From assembly GCA_040954595.2 (NCBI GenBank), contig CM082580.2, positions 14,000,242 through 14,064,241 on the forward strand: a stretch of DNA of 64,000 nucleotides, given 5' to 3'. The notes beneath the pieces were generated by a model. The model worked only from the letters and a program-made list of their open reading frames with translations, was not told the origin of the DNA and made no database searches. Below are positions 39,971 through 51,506 of the stretch, in pieces. Position 1 is the stretch's first letter; the number at the start of each line of letters is the position of its first letter. The stretch comes from Balanoglossus misakiensis (lineage: Eukaryota > Animalia > Hemichordata). The position numbers were made by a program, and so were the translations under genes.

Positions 39971-42900
39971 GTTTTGTTTTGTGAACTGATAATAGTGAGG
40001 ATGTATCTTTTTAACAAAGAGTCAGGTTAAGTTTTGATTTGCAACGTGTTAGGATTAACTTTTCTAATTCTACCGTAGATAATTTGAATTGCTTCTTTCA
40101 TCAATTTTCCCAAACAGATAGTGACTCAATTCGTCATTGCACGAAATCGAATATTATCATCTACATTTTGCAAATAACTGCAGGTACATACAGGATTTGA
40201 CCAAGAACCTGTCAACGCTGACAAAAGTCCCTATATGAACAGGCTTGGACTTTAGACTTTTAAGAAAGCTGCATTACTTTGCGCAGCAGGTTTAAACCAC
40301 ATAAATATAACTTATCTACAACATAAGAAACATGGTTATAGCTGTCATCATGTATATAATACCCGCAAAGAATATAAAACACGACTCAAGCTTACAGCTA
40401 TCTGCCATTATTAGAGACATACTTATTTGTCCTGTCACGCTCTACATGTAAAATATAATGTGAGTAATTGCTGTAGATTTTTGTTTGCTTGGATTCCCTT
40501 CTGTCCTTTTGAACGATACTTTCTGAAATGATGGACAGTGCATCCGAGACAAATATGATGGTGATTTATGTTGACCGGAAAACGTTGGGTGCAAGACAGT
40601 CACTGTTATCATAGCAGTTTTTCATGTTTTACTTACGTGTTTGGATTGAAATGAAAGAGCTCAAACCCAAATGAAAATTGATCACTGTATTCCAAATTAC
40701 AAATAAGTGAAATATATAGATTTGATAGATAGTTAAGTTCAAAAAGTAAACTTGACACAAATTAGGTGTAGCACTGCATCATGCATGTAGTAAGGATAAG
40801 AGACACACCGGAGATGGGTCGTCTTAAACGCACAGTGAATAGTAAACATCACAGTAAAAACACTGAATAATGATTTTCCAACACTCGAGGTTTCCATAGC
40901 AACAGTGAAATCAGAAGGAAGGGAAAAGGACTCCCTAAGAAAAGGAATAATAGTCCTCGTGTATATATTCCTGGCATTTAAAATTATTTGATTATCAGTG
41001 AGAAGGTATGCCCATTGGGGGTCAAATTAAATTGTAATCACGCACAAGTATAATTCCCGAAAGCCCCAGAGAAAACAAAGCCTAAAGCAAGAATGACACA
41101 TGTAATTGACAGAGTACTTTGGAAAGTAGTGGCTTGTAGTTACTGATGGTCAGTTTTGAATTCGAGAAAAGATTATTACTCAAACACATATCGTGTTCTT
41201 TTTTTATCTAATACATATTTGGCAGTCTTCTATCTTTTACTGCAGATTGTATAACAGGCAACGGAAGTCAAATGAATAAATCTTTAACTATAATGAGTGA
41301 AATTATATGCGTGTCTAGTGAAGTCATGGGTTTTATCAGCGCATGAAAGTGTAACAGGGCAAAATGCACTTATGTGAGTATATAGCACAGTAACATTATC
41401 ACGTAGAAACATGGATGAAGCATTTCTTTGTAAACTCTCATTGTCACTGTTATCTGCTAAACCCTGATAGATTGACTGTACTTAAAACCTCAGTCCCTGC
41501 TATTACATTCCCAATCAACGTACAGTAAACCACTGTTACCAACGCTACATGATTTTATAACTTTACCATGTATAAGGTGAACAACAACGGTATACAAGTG
41601 AGATATTGCAATTAGTCAGAATGTTTTTGTAGCAAGGTCTCAAGATGGCGGGCTTCCCTTAGAATTTACTTGCGGCATTATATGATTTCTATAACTTATA
41701 TTACCTTCAGACGACGGGAAAAGAGATATCTTGACAATTCACGTCTTAGCCAAACATTTGTGCTGTCGTCTGTATTACTCTGTGACGTGACATTTTGCTA
41801 AATTGCTCCAACCTATAACTGTTGGCTACTTATAGTACATGGAAATATAACGAGATGTTTGACAGCTTCGGCATTCATGTATGGACCGGAACTTTTGTCT
41901 GATTTTTAGAATCCATGCCTATGTGAGATCAATGAACCTTCCAGTGCCAATCACACTTACAGCAATGATCTCTTAGTTGAGGTAATATCACACATAAGCT
42001 TTCATACCTGTATGCTAAGACTTTCTTTCACAGTACGATGTTTTTTTTATCAAGGACGTTTCGCGGAGGTTATGCAGAAATGTCTTTATTGCGTTCCGTG
42101 TTGCGTCAAATGAGATAAGTATTATAAAAACCCCGCTTTATAACTCTGGGCACATCCTTAGCGCCCCCCTCTCTCCTTCTATACGAATAGTATCTTTATC
42201 ATATTTGGATTACCTTTATCGACGAAATGGCATTTCTCTTATCGTTATTAAATCTTAATTGAAGAGCATAATCTTACATCACTATTAAACGTGTGCGTCA
42301 TTGGCAACGCCTCATTGGTATGCAAGCGTCGTAATTGAAGAATGCCCCTGGGAGAAAATGTCAACCTGTATATTTTAATACTGAAGCAGATGGACTAAGA
42401 GTTCTTCACATACATTACATTTTGAAACAGACTTCGAGATGGTTTACATGGAATACTTCAAGCTCAACTAGGGAGAGGAATTGGTTGTTGACTCTATTTG
42501 TGATGATTGGAACACTTTTTTAACTTTTGTACGATGTCAGAATCCGGGCATTATTACGCCTGGCATTGATATGCAGTAAGACCACTGCTGTTAATGCGTA
42601 AAAAAGCTTCCCCTTAGAATTCAAATCTCCCTTTCTCATATTTGAAAGACTGTTGTGCACAAACAGACTTGTGGTTTTGTACGTGTTGGTGTTTTTGTAA
42701 CTGAGACAAGCTTGTAGTCCACATTTGCTAAGCCAGACATAATCCACCAGCTACGTCAAGGAAGTTAATCAAGCAACCACGAATACCACTAGGACGATTA
42801 CAAATTGATATCCGAGCAGTCTTTGAGGAGATAGTATCGGACAGCAATAAAAAGATTGCAATCAGAGACCGCCCAATGAGAACTGCTATATCAAGATATA

Positions 42901-43864
42901 CCGGTACGCCGTGCTATAGGAAATTCAACCCCGTGAGAGAATCAAAATCTGTCGTAACATCAGTTTTCAATCTTAGTATCATCGGATATTCCAATGCCTG
43001 ATCCAATCTGCATCCTGTACGCGTATTCCCATAAGATATCTGCCAAAGGCTGTAATTCCCACGGATTTCACTGATACATGCTAACAGAACCTGTCATAGT
43101 TTTGGCAAACCGGCTTGTAAAGTTCAAACCACAGCACATTGATCAAGTTTCTTTCCTGTGCGTGAATTGTATGTCGTGTTGATATTTCTCTGTTTGTTGC
43201 CCTTTCGGTCTTATGTATCATTACTGTTGAACAGACTTTTCGCTGTTATTGTTTTATACTCAGTAAAATTACTAGACACGCATGGAACGTTTGCGAAAAA
43301 TACGCCTGTGAAACATGGAACATTGTCACAAACTTTTGACGCTTTCTCAGTGTAACATTCATAAATACGAGTTGTAGAAACCTCTGTGTGAATGAAGAAA
43401 CACACATCATGTCTGTGGAATAGAAAATACCAAACTGGAAAATGACAAATCAGGGAAAAAAGACAATTCCACCTTTGGTAAAGCTGAGAATCCCATGCCC
43501 CAAATGAAAATGCCAGTCACGTGACAATTAGAATACACGTTGAGATTTGAAGACGAGTCCTCGATACATGTTGTCCTCATTGATGCCATTAATCATAACA
43601 ATAATTGAACATGACAAGCAAACAAATCAAACCTCTTATGATTAAAATATGTCGTGCAAAGGTATAATTGATCAGACTATGTACTCTATTTCAAATATCG
43701 TTAATCATATCTTACATTATTATATGTATTTGTAGTCCAGACTGTATCAATATGTCTATTGTGACGCATGGTGCTGCACGATTTGAGATGAGCAAGATTG
43801 ACGGAAAGTTCTGATTTCTATTTCAAAGGATAGACAGACAGAAAAGATATAGCATTTGTCACTT

Positions 43865-43928
43865 TGTTCGTATTTAATCAGATATGTATCATTGAGTGTT
43901 CGTATTTATTCAGATATGTATCATTGAG
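43865..43928 (+). repeat. 32-bp tandem duplication
   Basis: TGTTCGTATTTAATCAGATATGTATCATTGAG followed directly by a copy with one mismatch. Confidence 0.9.
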
Positions 43929-46900
43929 CTCATACGGCACAATTTCGTATGTTCTGCAAAACAGTTCCATTAGAAATATTTGACGTCACGGTTGCTATTG
44001 GCGACGTTTTGTTATAAGAGTGGCTGTCGAAACTTTTGAACCGTGTACTGCATGTGGGATTGCAGGCATCTACCTTAACACAGATGTCTATATGTATATC
44101 ACAGGCCATAGGGTTGTGAGATGACCTCAACATGGAGAGAATTTTGCTATGTGCATGTGTATTATACTACACTTGTCGATGTCTTATTTACAGGTCTTTG
44201 AACGCATATTTTACATCCGGTTGCCATCACAATGGATCGCGTACCATGCTCAAAAGGCTATCAATAACAAGAACATTTGAATTCAACTTATAAACACAGA
44301 CAGACGAAACTAATCCTTGCTATTAAAGGATTATTCATCGCAAAACCAGCGAATTATCAATCTTAAAGTAAATACTAAATCATGTGTTTGACCCCTGTTT
44401 AGTTTTCAATGGCACCGTGGTTTGCCGAACAACCCCGTGTAATTATCGAACACATTCATCATAACCGTCGAACGGTAACTGCCAGCTGGGAGACCAACAA
44501 TTTGCCCTTTTCCATTTCCTCACTAAATCATCAGCGGTATTATACGCCCGAGTAAACCACGGGAAATTGAAGTAATTTATGCGCTGTATTCAGCTACATA
44601 CTTCATCAATTAAGGTCACTTGCAACAGCCATGACCCTCTGTTTAAGAGGAGGTACCCAGAGTCTACTACACCAGTAAAAGATGGGTGAATACATAATCA
44701 GTTATTAGCGGTGTAAACCAATACCCTTTCACCGGGTAACCAAGCGCTGTCAGACAACACGCCAAGAACAAATTATTGCTTCTGGTATCATTAACAAAAG
44801 TGCGAAGGTGCGTCGACAAATCATCTGATGTATGTTTCTTGTTCGTTCAATCCTTAGTTTGATTAATATTATTTGTTTGATTAATGACTTAACATCGACA
44901 CGTTGTTTTATGTTCTTTGTTTAATTGATTTTTGTTCAGGGTCCCCACTTGAATTAATACCATACACCACTCAATGGATTAAAATTTAGAGATACAGGTT
45001 CTGTAAGCATATGCTCATTATACGATGACAAGTTGATGATTAGGATGGCTTGACAAAAGACTTGTTTCAGACTTTGAATGTTGGACTAGATCGTATCGTA
45101 ACAATACCACAGTATGATAAAAACACCCCCACAGTCGAACATAGGAATGAGTTCTTGAAGCCTAAAACTATCCCTTTTCGTGACATCAGACTGGATTAAA
45201 AACTAGTTCACCTTTTCATTTCCTTTACACGCGCTTGCACTTGTTTCTTCAAGTTGTCTATCGCCGCTCTCTTCAATCAATTAATTACCCTTCTTTGCAG
45301 TATAATCACGTCCCATCCGTAAAGGAATATGCTATTGGAAATACCTCGACAGTAAAACAAATAGCACGCTGAACAGAAAAGAGCCACACTGTCTATTTTA
45401 ACGATTTCAAAGATGGATACACACAATTTAACCAAATGTTACGAGAAAACGTGACCATAGATAATTTTGAGCAGTAACGTTTCTTCGTAGATGATGGTAA
45501 GAAGTTCTCAACCTTTTCCGAGCCTGTACATATCATGCCAAATATAGGAAATAACCGGCTGGCAGGTTTTCTCAACCAGATTGTGCCTATTTTCGTTCTC
45601 TTCATTGTGCATAGTAAAGATGTAACCTAAGGAGCCTTGCTTTTCAATCGATGATGTTTACTATGTTCACAAGCAGAAAACCAGTATCAACGGGTCGGTA
45701 AAAAACGGTACCATACACTGTACATGTATCTGTTCTTATCGTGGAGACAAGTAAAGTGATACATGTATATACCCAGTGCAACTGCAATCAATATTGACTG
45801 ACTGGATGTGGTACTTGTACAAGACGCCATGTCTGTACGCGCATGACATACGAATTATGTCATCTGTGCTGCTATGGTTTCATGACAACATAGCTGGTGT
45901 TTCTGTCAAAACAATAACGTAAATGCTGACTGTTAAAAGGACATATATTGGCACTCTATTTTCACGTGTGTCACCCACTGAATATCTGTGATTGGCTAGA
46001 TCTCAATTTCCCATGATAGCTCAATTTCCATAGGTGACCTTATGACTTTAACAGGGGCATGTTGGTGGTCCTGGACCTTTTTAAAGAACGATTATCAGTT
46101 TAAATATGCAAATTAACATTTAACAAAAATATAACAGTAATGTGTCGGTTATTCCTTTCGAGACACGGACTGATCGAAATGTGCCGATTTTCCTATACGT
46201 GTGGAACCTGGCAATAAATCTGTTGAAGCGCGCACATGCCTTATCAGTTACAAGCCAATTACTTCGATTTGACCAGAAGCATCATCTAATTTCAAGTGAC
46301 AACAAACACTTTGATTCGAACACAGCTTGTATTTCAAAGATACAATCTCACTGTTTGCTGAGCGATGGTATCATTTCCAACTACGTAAGACCTTCAATCA
46401 GCCTTGTTAGTGGTGTGCTCAATGGCCTTGCGTGGATATCATCTTGTTTGCGAAATGGAAGTTCACGACCAGCGTCTTTTCATTCCAATCGATTCATGGT
46501 CTGTCGTTAAATGGCCAATATTGATGCGTTACAAGACACTGGCCTTAACGCCTAAGCCTTAACATGTACCCTTGGATTTGACACAACCAATCCCCCGGTA
46601 GTTTGGATCGTTGAACAGTATAATGAAGCTGGCATTGTGGAACTCAGTCTATCGTTCATTATCGTGGCTATTCCGCTGTGGTTTGGTCTGTGTTTCCACA
46701 CTACACCGCCTTCGGTGTGCAATTATCATACATATAGGTCTGAGTGTGAGACAGGACAATGTACGATTGCAATTCGATTATCCAATATTCATCATTACTC
46801 AGGATTGCAGTCTTGTTTTCGGGAATACTGGAACATAGAGAAGTCTTCTACAGCCACGCCCTGTTTTGCATCCCTCTCCCGTTCTAGTCTCTCATCCACG

Positions 46901-47089
46901 TCACCGTGTACATGATACAACAATTTAAACTTATGGTCACTATTCAGATACAGGGCATATTAAATAATACACATACATATATAACCAAGGTAACTTTAAA
47001 GGCATTTGAACTGATCAGAAGTAGAAGTACCAATGATGATTCTTTTGATAGAATAACCCAGATTTGTCTCCATTCTCTTCCCCCAACAG

Positions 47090-50000
47090 GCTCGTACTGC
47101 CCGAGAACATGGACGATGAATCAAATGCTGTGTGTCGGTGTCTGTTGGCCCGTGACACCGCTGAATACAACAGCTGTTGTTCCGTGTCCTCCCTCCAAAT
47201 GGTGGCCCACCACTACACGTATGTATGTATTTTGTCAAATACATTTGCATTCAATCCGTGAGAGGATACTGACGCTACCTGCATTGCAATGTTATATGTG
47301 TGTCACTCTGATACTTGGTAAATTGTAGACATCAAAATGAAAGTAAACTGATCCATCAGTAACAAACAGTTTTTTATAACCTTCTGAACTTTCCTCGTTG
47401 CGACAGGTTCTCTCCAGTTGTACTGTCAGCCCAGTGGATTATTTGAAAACGCCACTTTCGAAAAAGCACTTGCCAGTTGTATCGACAGACTCACCCTGGA
47501 GCTCATCAGGGAAGAATTCGGAACATCTCCATCGCCGGAACAAATTCAGGTGAGAGCAAACCAAGCAATATTCAAGTTTGAATGATAATTTGGCTCTGTC
47601 ACCAGAAGCAAAGATGGGGCAGTCAGAACACAGTCTTTATGTGTACTTCACAAGGTTTGAACTTTCAATTGTCAAAGTTTAACAATTATAGAGAGTGTTA
47701 TCCAGAGTTACAGTGACAGGACTTTGCCTTTACCAATTTCGTTTGTAGTTATACCAAGACGTTACCGAGAGTACAAAAATTCTGCAGATCGTTGGTTATT
47801 CCATCTCACTTGCCAGCCTTATTATAGCGCTACTTATTTTCTACTCATTTAGGTAAGTACAACTTCACTTACTCATTCACGTTTGCATTTCTCCACTTTT
47901 GCATTTGAGTGATTACGTAGAGTTCTGAAGGTGAGTGACATTGATAGGTTGGTGGTTCGGTTGGCAGGTGGATGGGTGTTTGTTTGGAAGGGTGGTTGTA
48001 TATGTAGGGCGTTAGCTACCTTAGTATGCAGCTTAGGAGTTAAGGGCAAGGAGAACAAAACACTTGTAAGCCAGCCAACTTGAAAGATCTGGTTGCACAT
48101 CACTTTTGAATTTCTCTTATTTCGCTGACTACAGGAGTTTAAACTGTCCGCGAACTCGGATCCATAAGCTGCTGTTCATAGCATACACTGTATGGCTCAC
48201 TCTCGACGTTATCTTATCAGTGGACCTTACCCAAGATGCCGAGACTTTCCACGCTGGGTGTGGTTCGGGTCTTCAAGAGAGATCACAGAAAACAATACGT
48301 AATACGGTTAGTTGGTACAAATGCGAATATTATAGACACGACCATCCAAAGACCTTGGTCACTCCACAGATCATAAATAAACACTGATTATTGTGGGTAA
48401 TTTTTGGTTAAACTTTGACCGTCTGCATGCTAGTACAGGCATGATGCATGAGAAATCACTCCTGCAATAATGACTTAGACACGCTACAGAACTGAAATCA
48501 AAAAGCATAACCATGAATACTGGTTTCCGAACATCTGGTCCTGTGTTTATTTGCTTTTTTTTCCCTCGACAGCCGATACTGTGTGAAACGTTTGAAGTTC
48601 TTCGAGAATATACGAGATTTTGCGTGTTCTCGTGGAACTTTGTGGAAGGTCTTTATCTGCATAGAATGGTCACGGCTGCGGTGTTTCGTAAACCTAATTT
48701 CAAGTTATACTACGCAGTTGGCTGGGGTAAGTCGATGTCTTTACAAACTCATTTGGCTTATCTTCCTTTATCTAAAAAATTCTTATGTTCTTTAATGATA
48801 ATTCTCCAGTTAACGAATAAGCAAACGTGAACAGACTGGATCGTATAGAATAGTCACTTTACTTGTGTATTTTATTATCATTTCAAGTAATAATTTCTTA
48901 TTATATTGTAATTTTTCTTTACTTTCGACAGTTTTGGCGATATTTCCTGTGTTAGGATGGGCTGTGGCTATGCATTACACGAGTGATCAACAGTGAGTTT
49001 CCATTTTTTTAGTTCCAATTTTCGCACCCGGTAGCTAATGTTATATCGATTTCTGTCTACAAAACTCGTTAAAGCCCCACTGTATGAATGTTTACATGGA
49101 CACTGTATTACACCATTGTTTGTTTATTTATTCTCTGCAGATGCTGGCTTGGTTACAATTACTCGCCTTACTATTGGATAATTGAAGCTCCTCGAAACAT
49201 AATCTTGTTTGTGAGTACACATATTTGATTGTCCACTTTTGGCTGCACTCAGCGTTGACATGACAGAAATGACACGTGCAACTAGTTTGGGCCGTTGATA
49301 GGCGCGGTGTCACATTCTTCAAAACTAACTAAAACCTGTTTCTTTCTGGTATTTTGGACAGGTACGTGCTATATACAGGCAGCTCAACTAATTGTGTGTG
49401 TATTTGTCTTCCTTGTACAGATCAATCTCATTTTCCTGATTAATATCGTTCGGGTTCTGGTGACAAAAATGAGAGAAACAAACACAACAGATGCCATGCA
49501 AGTTAAGTAAGTCAAGGCTGTTGCCATTATTAAGTTGTTGGGGAAAAATCGCTCATGACCTATGGATGGGCCTTATCGCAACACAGAACATCAGTGACCG
49601 CTTATGGCCAGTTGTACTTCTCATATACACATATTAATAAAAATTATATCTGACTTAATGATACTTGCTAATAAATATGCCTCAAATATTGTAATATGAA
49701 CATTTGGTTTATACTTGTTTGTTTGTTTATTTACAGGAAAGCTGCAAAGGCGGCAATAGTGTTAGTTCCTCTACTGGGTGTTATAAATCTGTTATTTCTA
49801 CCCGGAAAACCAGACTCGACGGATCCTGCATGGCTTATCTATCTCTATTTCTATGCCACAAGTGTCTTAATCACCTTCCAAGGATTTGTCTGCGCTCTCA
49901 TATTCTGCTTCTTCAATGGCGAGGTTTGGAAATTCTTATCTTGTTTGTCTGTTGTTTTCTGGACTTAAGATGTATCGAATTGCAACATCTGTTTTCTTTG

Positions 50001-50163
50001 AATGTGTCTGTTTAAAGCAACTGTAAAACATGTTTTGTAGGTTCAGCAAGCGATCAAGAGAAAGTGGGTAGGATGGCGCGAATCACGAAATCCACAGTCG
50101 AGGAGAGGGACAACATCCACAAACACTTGTACATCAGAGGTAAACAAACTTTCATTTTTTTAA
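47090..50163 (+). CDS. Class B1 (secretin-family) GPCR, PDF receptor-like; N-terminal exon(s) and final exon uncertain
   Basis: In-frame GT-AG exons 47090-47218, 47407-47549, 47749-47852, 48135-48306, 48573-48726, 48932-48992, 49141-49210, 49421-49506, 49737-49923, 50041-50139 (read-through stop at 50161-50163). Class B motifs: YCPRTW..CWP..PCP, GYSISL, RSLNCPRTRIH, EGLYLH, FLINIVRVLVTK, KAAIVLVPLLG, FQG..IFCFFNGEV. Features I recall from PDF receptors: long ECL1 ending IRNTPILCE..VLREY, MVTAAVF, and CWLGYNYSPYYWIIEAPR. Confidence 0.9.
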
Positions 50164-51027
50164 AAACAACATGCAATCCAGACATGTGTTTTTCTGAGAG
50201 TATACAGTGCATTCGTCCGGGACCTCGGCATTTTCAGTCACTTCGTCCGTCTGGGTTCGTCGTATCACAGACCGTCTCCCAGTTTGGTATCACTTCATCA
50301 AAATCCACAGAAGTTTAGCTCATTCCAAGACAGACAGGAAGACTGACAGTAACATTCGCCATGTACAATAACTTACTATATATTCAATCCAATCTATTTC
50401 TGTAATAGACACAATTAACTGACATAAAACCGTGAAGTCAGTTCATCGCTATCTATCTCTCACACCTTTTAAAACTTTCTGCTTTCCTATTCTTTTCTCC
50501 CGCTGTTGGAATAGACCAAGCTGCGAAATTGAAAATCTGCGAATCTTTGTACTTCTATCCTTGCCCCAGTAGGGCAGTGCAACCTGGCTCTCTTTGAAAT
50601 TTCGTATTCCCTTGTTGTCTTGAGTGAAAGCAGCGAAGACTTTGCATACACAAGCATTATTGAATTTTCTATCGCATTTGTCGCTTACATTGCTTCTGGG
50701 GATGCACTGATACTTTTCATTCCCTCAAAGGTATTTACATGTCTGATAGTGGATATCTGGAGACACTGCTCTCAGTTCTGACGCCAGTGTTACTCGTGTC
50801 TGTGTTGCGGTTATATTGCGAAATTGAACGTCCGCGATGACGCAAGATAAATTTCTCTATTTGTGTAGAGTTCTCAGAAGCATTCATTCGGGTTATTCAT
50901 ATTGCCAAGACAAGCAAATGTGAATTGCCCTACAAGCGTCATTCAGATGCTTTGATTTTTGTTAACTTTTTGTGATGCCGACTTCTTTGATTTTGATCTT
51001 CTTGGATCGCCTGCTTCCTTTCTGTAG

Positions 51028-51506
51028 TTTAACGGAAGGATTCATCTGCCCTCTCGCTCTCCTTCTTGGAAAGAAAATTTACAATATGTAAGTCGTGCGT
51101 CCAAAGTCTGCAGAGAATCAACGTTCATGTTCAGTGGTTATCCCCATGTTGTATAGCTTTGCTGTGTTATTCTTTTCTTCTCGATGAGGCCTTGCTCGCT
51201 TCGTCTTTGCCACGGTCATGATCGTTGGTGTGTGTCGTAAAACAGTGTTGTCTGCCGAAGTTTTCAGACTTCATGAACACACAAAAACTGTATATAATAA
51301 CGTTTGTGTCGACCCGACAACTGCACATATTCCGTACACTTTGTAAACTACACACTGTACACTCTGGCAAGCTTCTGTTGCTAATGACTACTTTTTTCTC
51401 TCTTTTGTTGTGGCACCAGTCATCCCCCAAGGTCACTGCATCAAATGCACGCAATCTTGGCTGTGCTGCCATATGCACGTGTAGCTGTGACCTTGTCTGT
51501 TCCTGA
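51028..51506 (+). CDS. Candidate C-terminal exons of the PDFR-like gene (51028-51087 and 51420-51506)
   Basis: Phase-0 donor GAG|GTAAAC at 50140. Acceptor ttcctttctgtag then 60 nt FNGRIHLPSRSPSWKENLQY then GTAAGT. A further pyrimidine-rich acceptor ...caccag then SSPKVTASNARNLGCAAICTCSCDLVCS*. Splice-signal support only, no homology. Confidence 0.4.

Noticed and set aside
46556-46915. Open frame with a hydrophobic stretch and several Cys just upstream of the receptor ECD exon
   Set aside because: No ATG after the upstream stop, no clear acceptor and no convincing donor.
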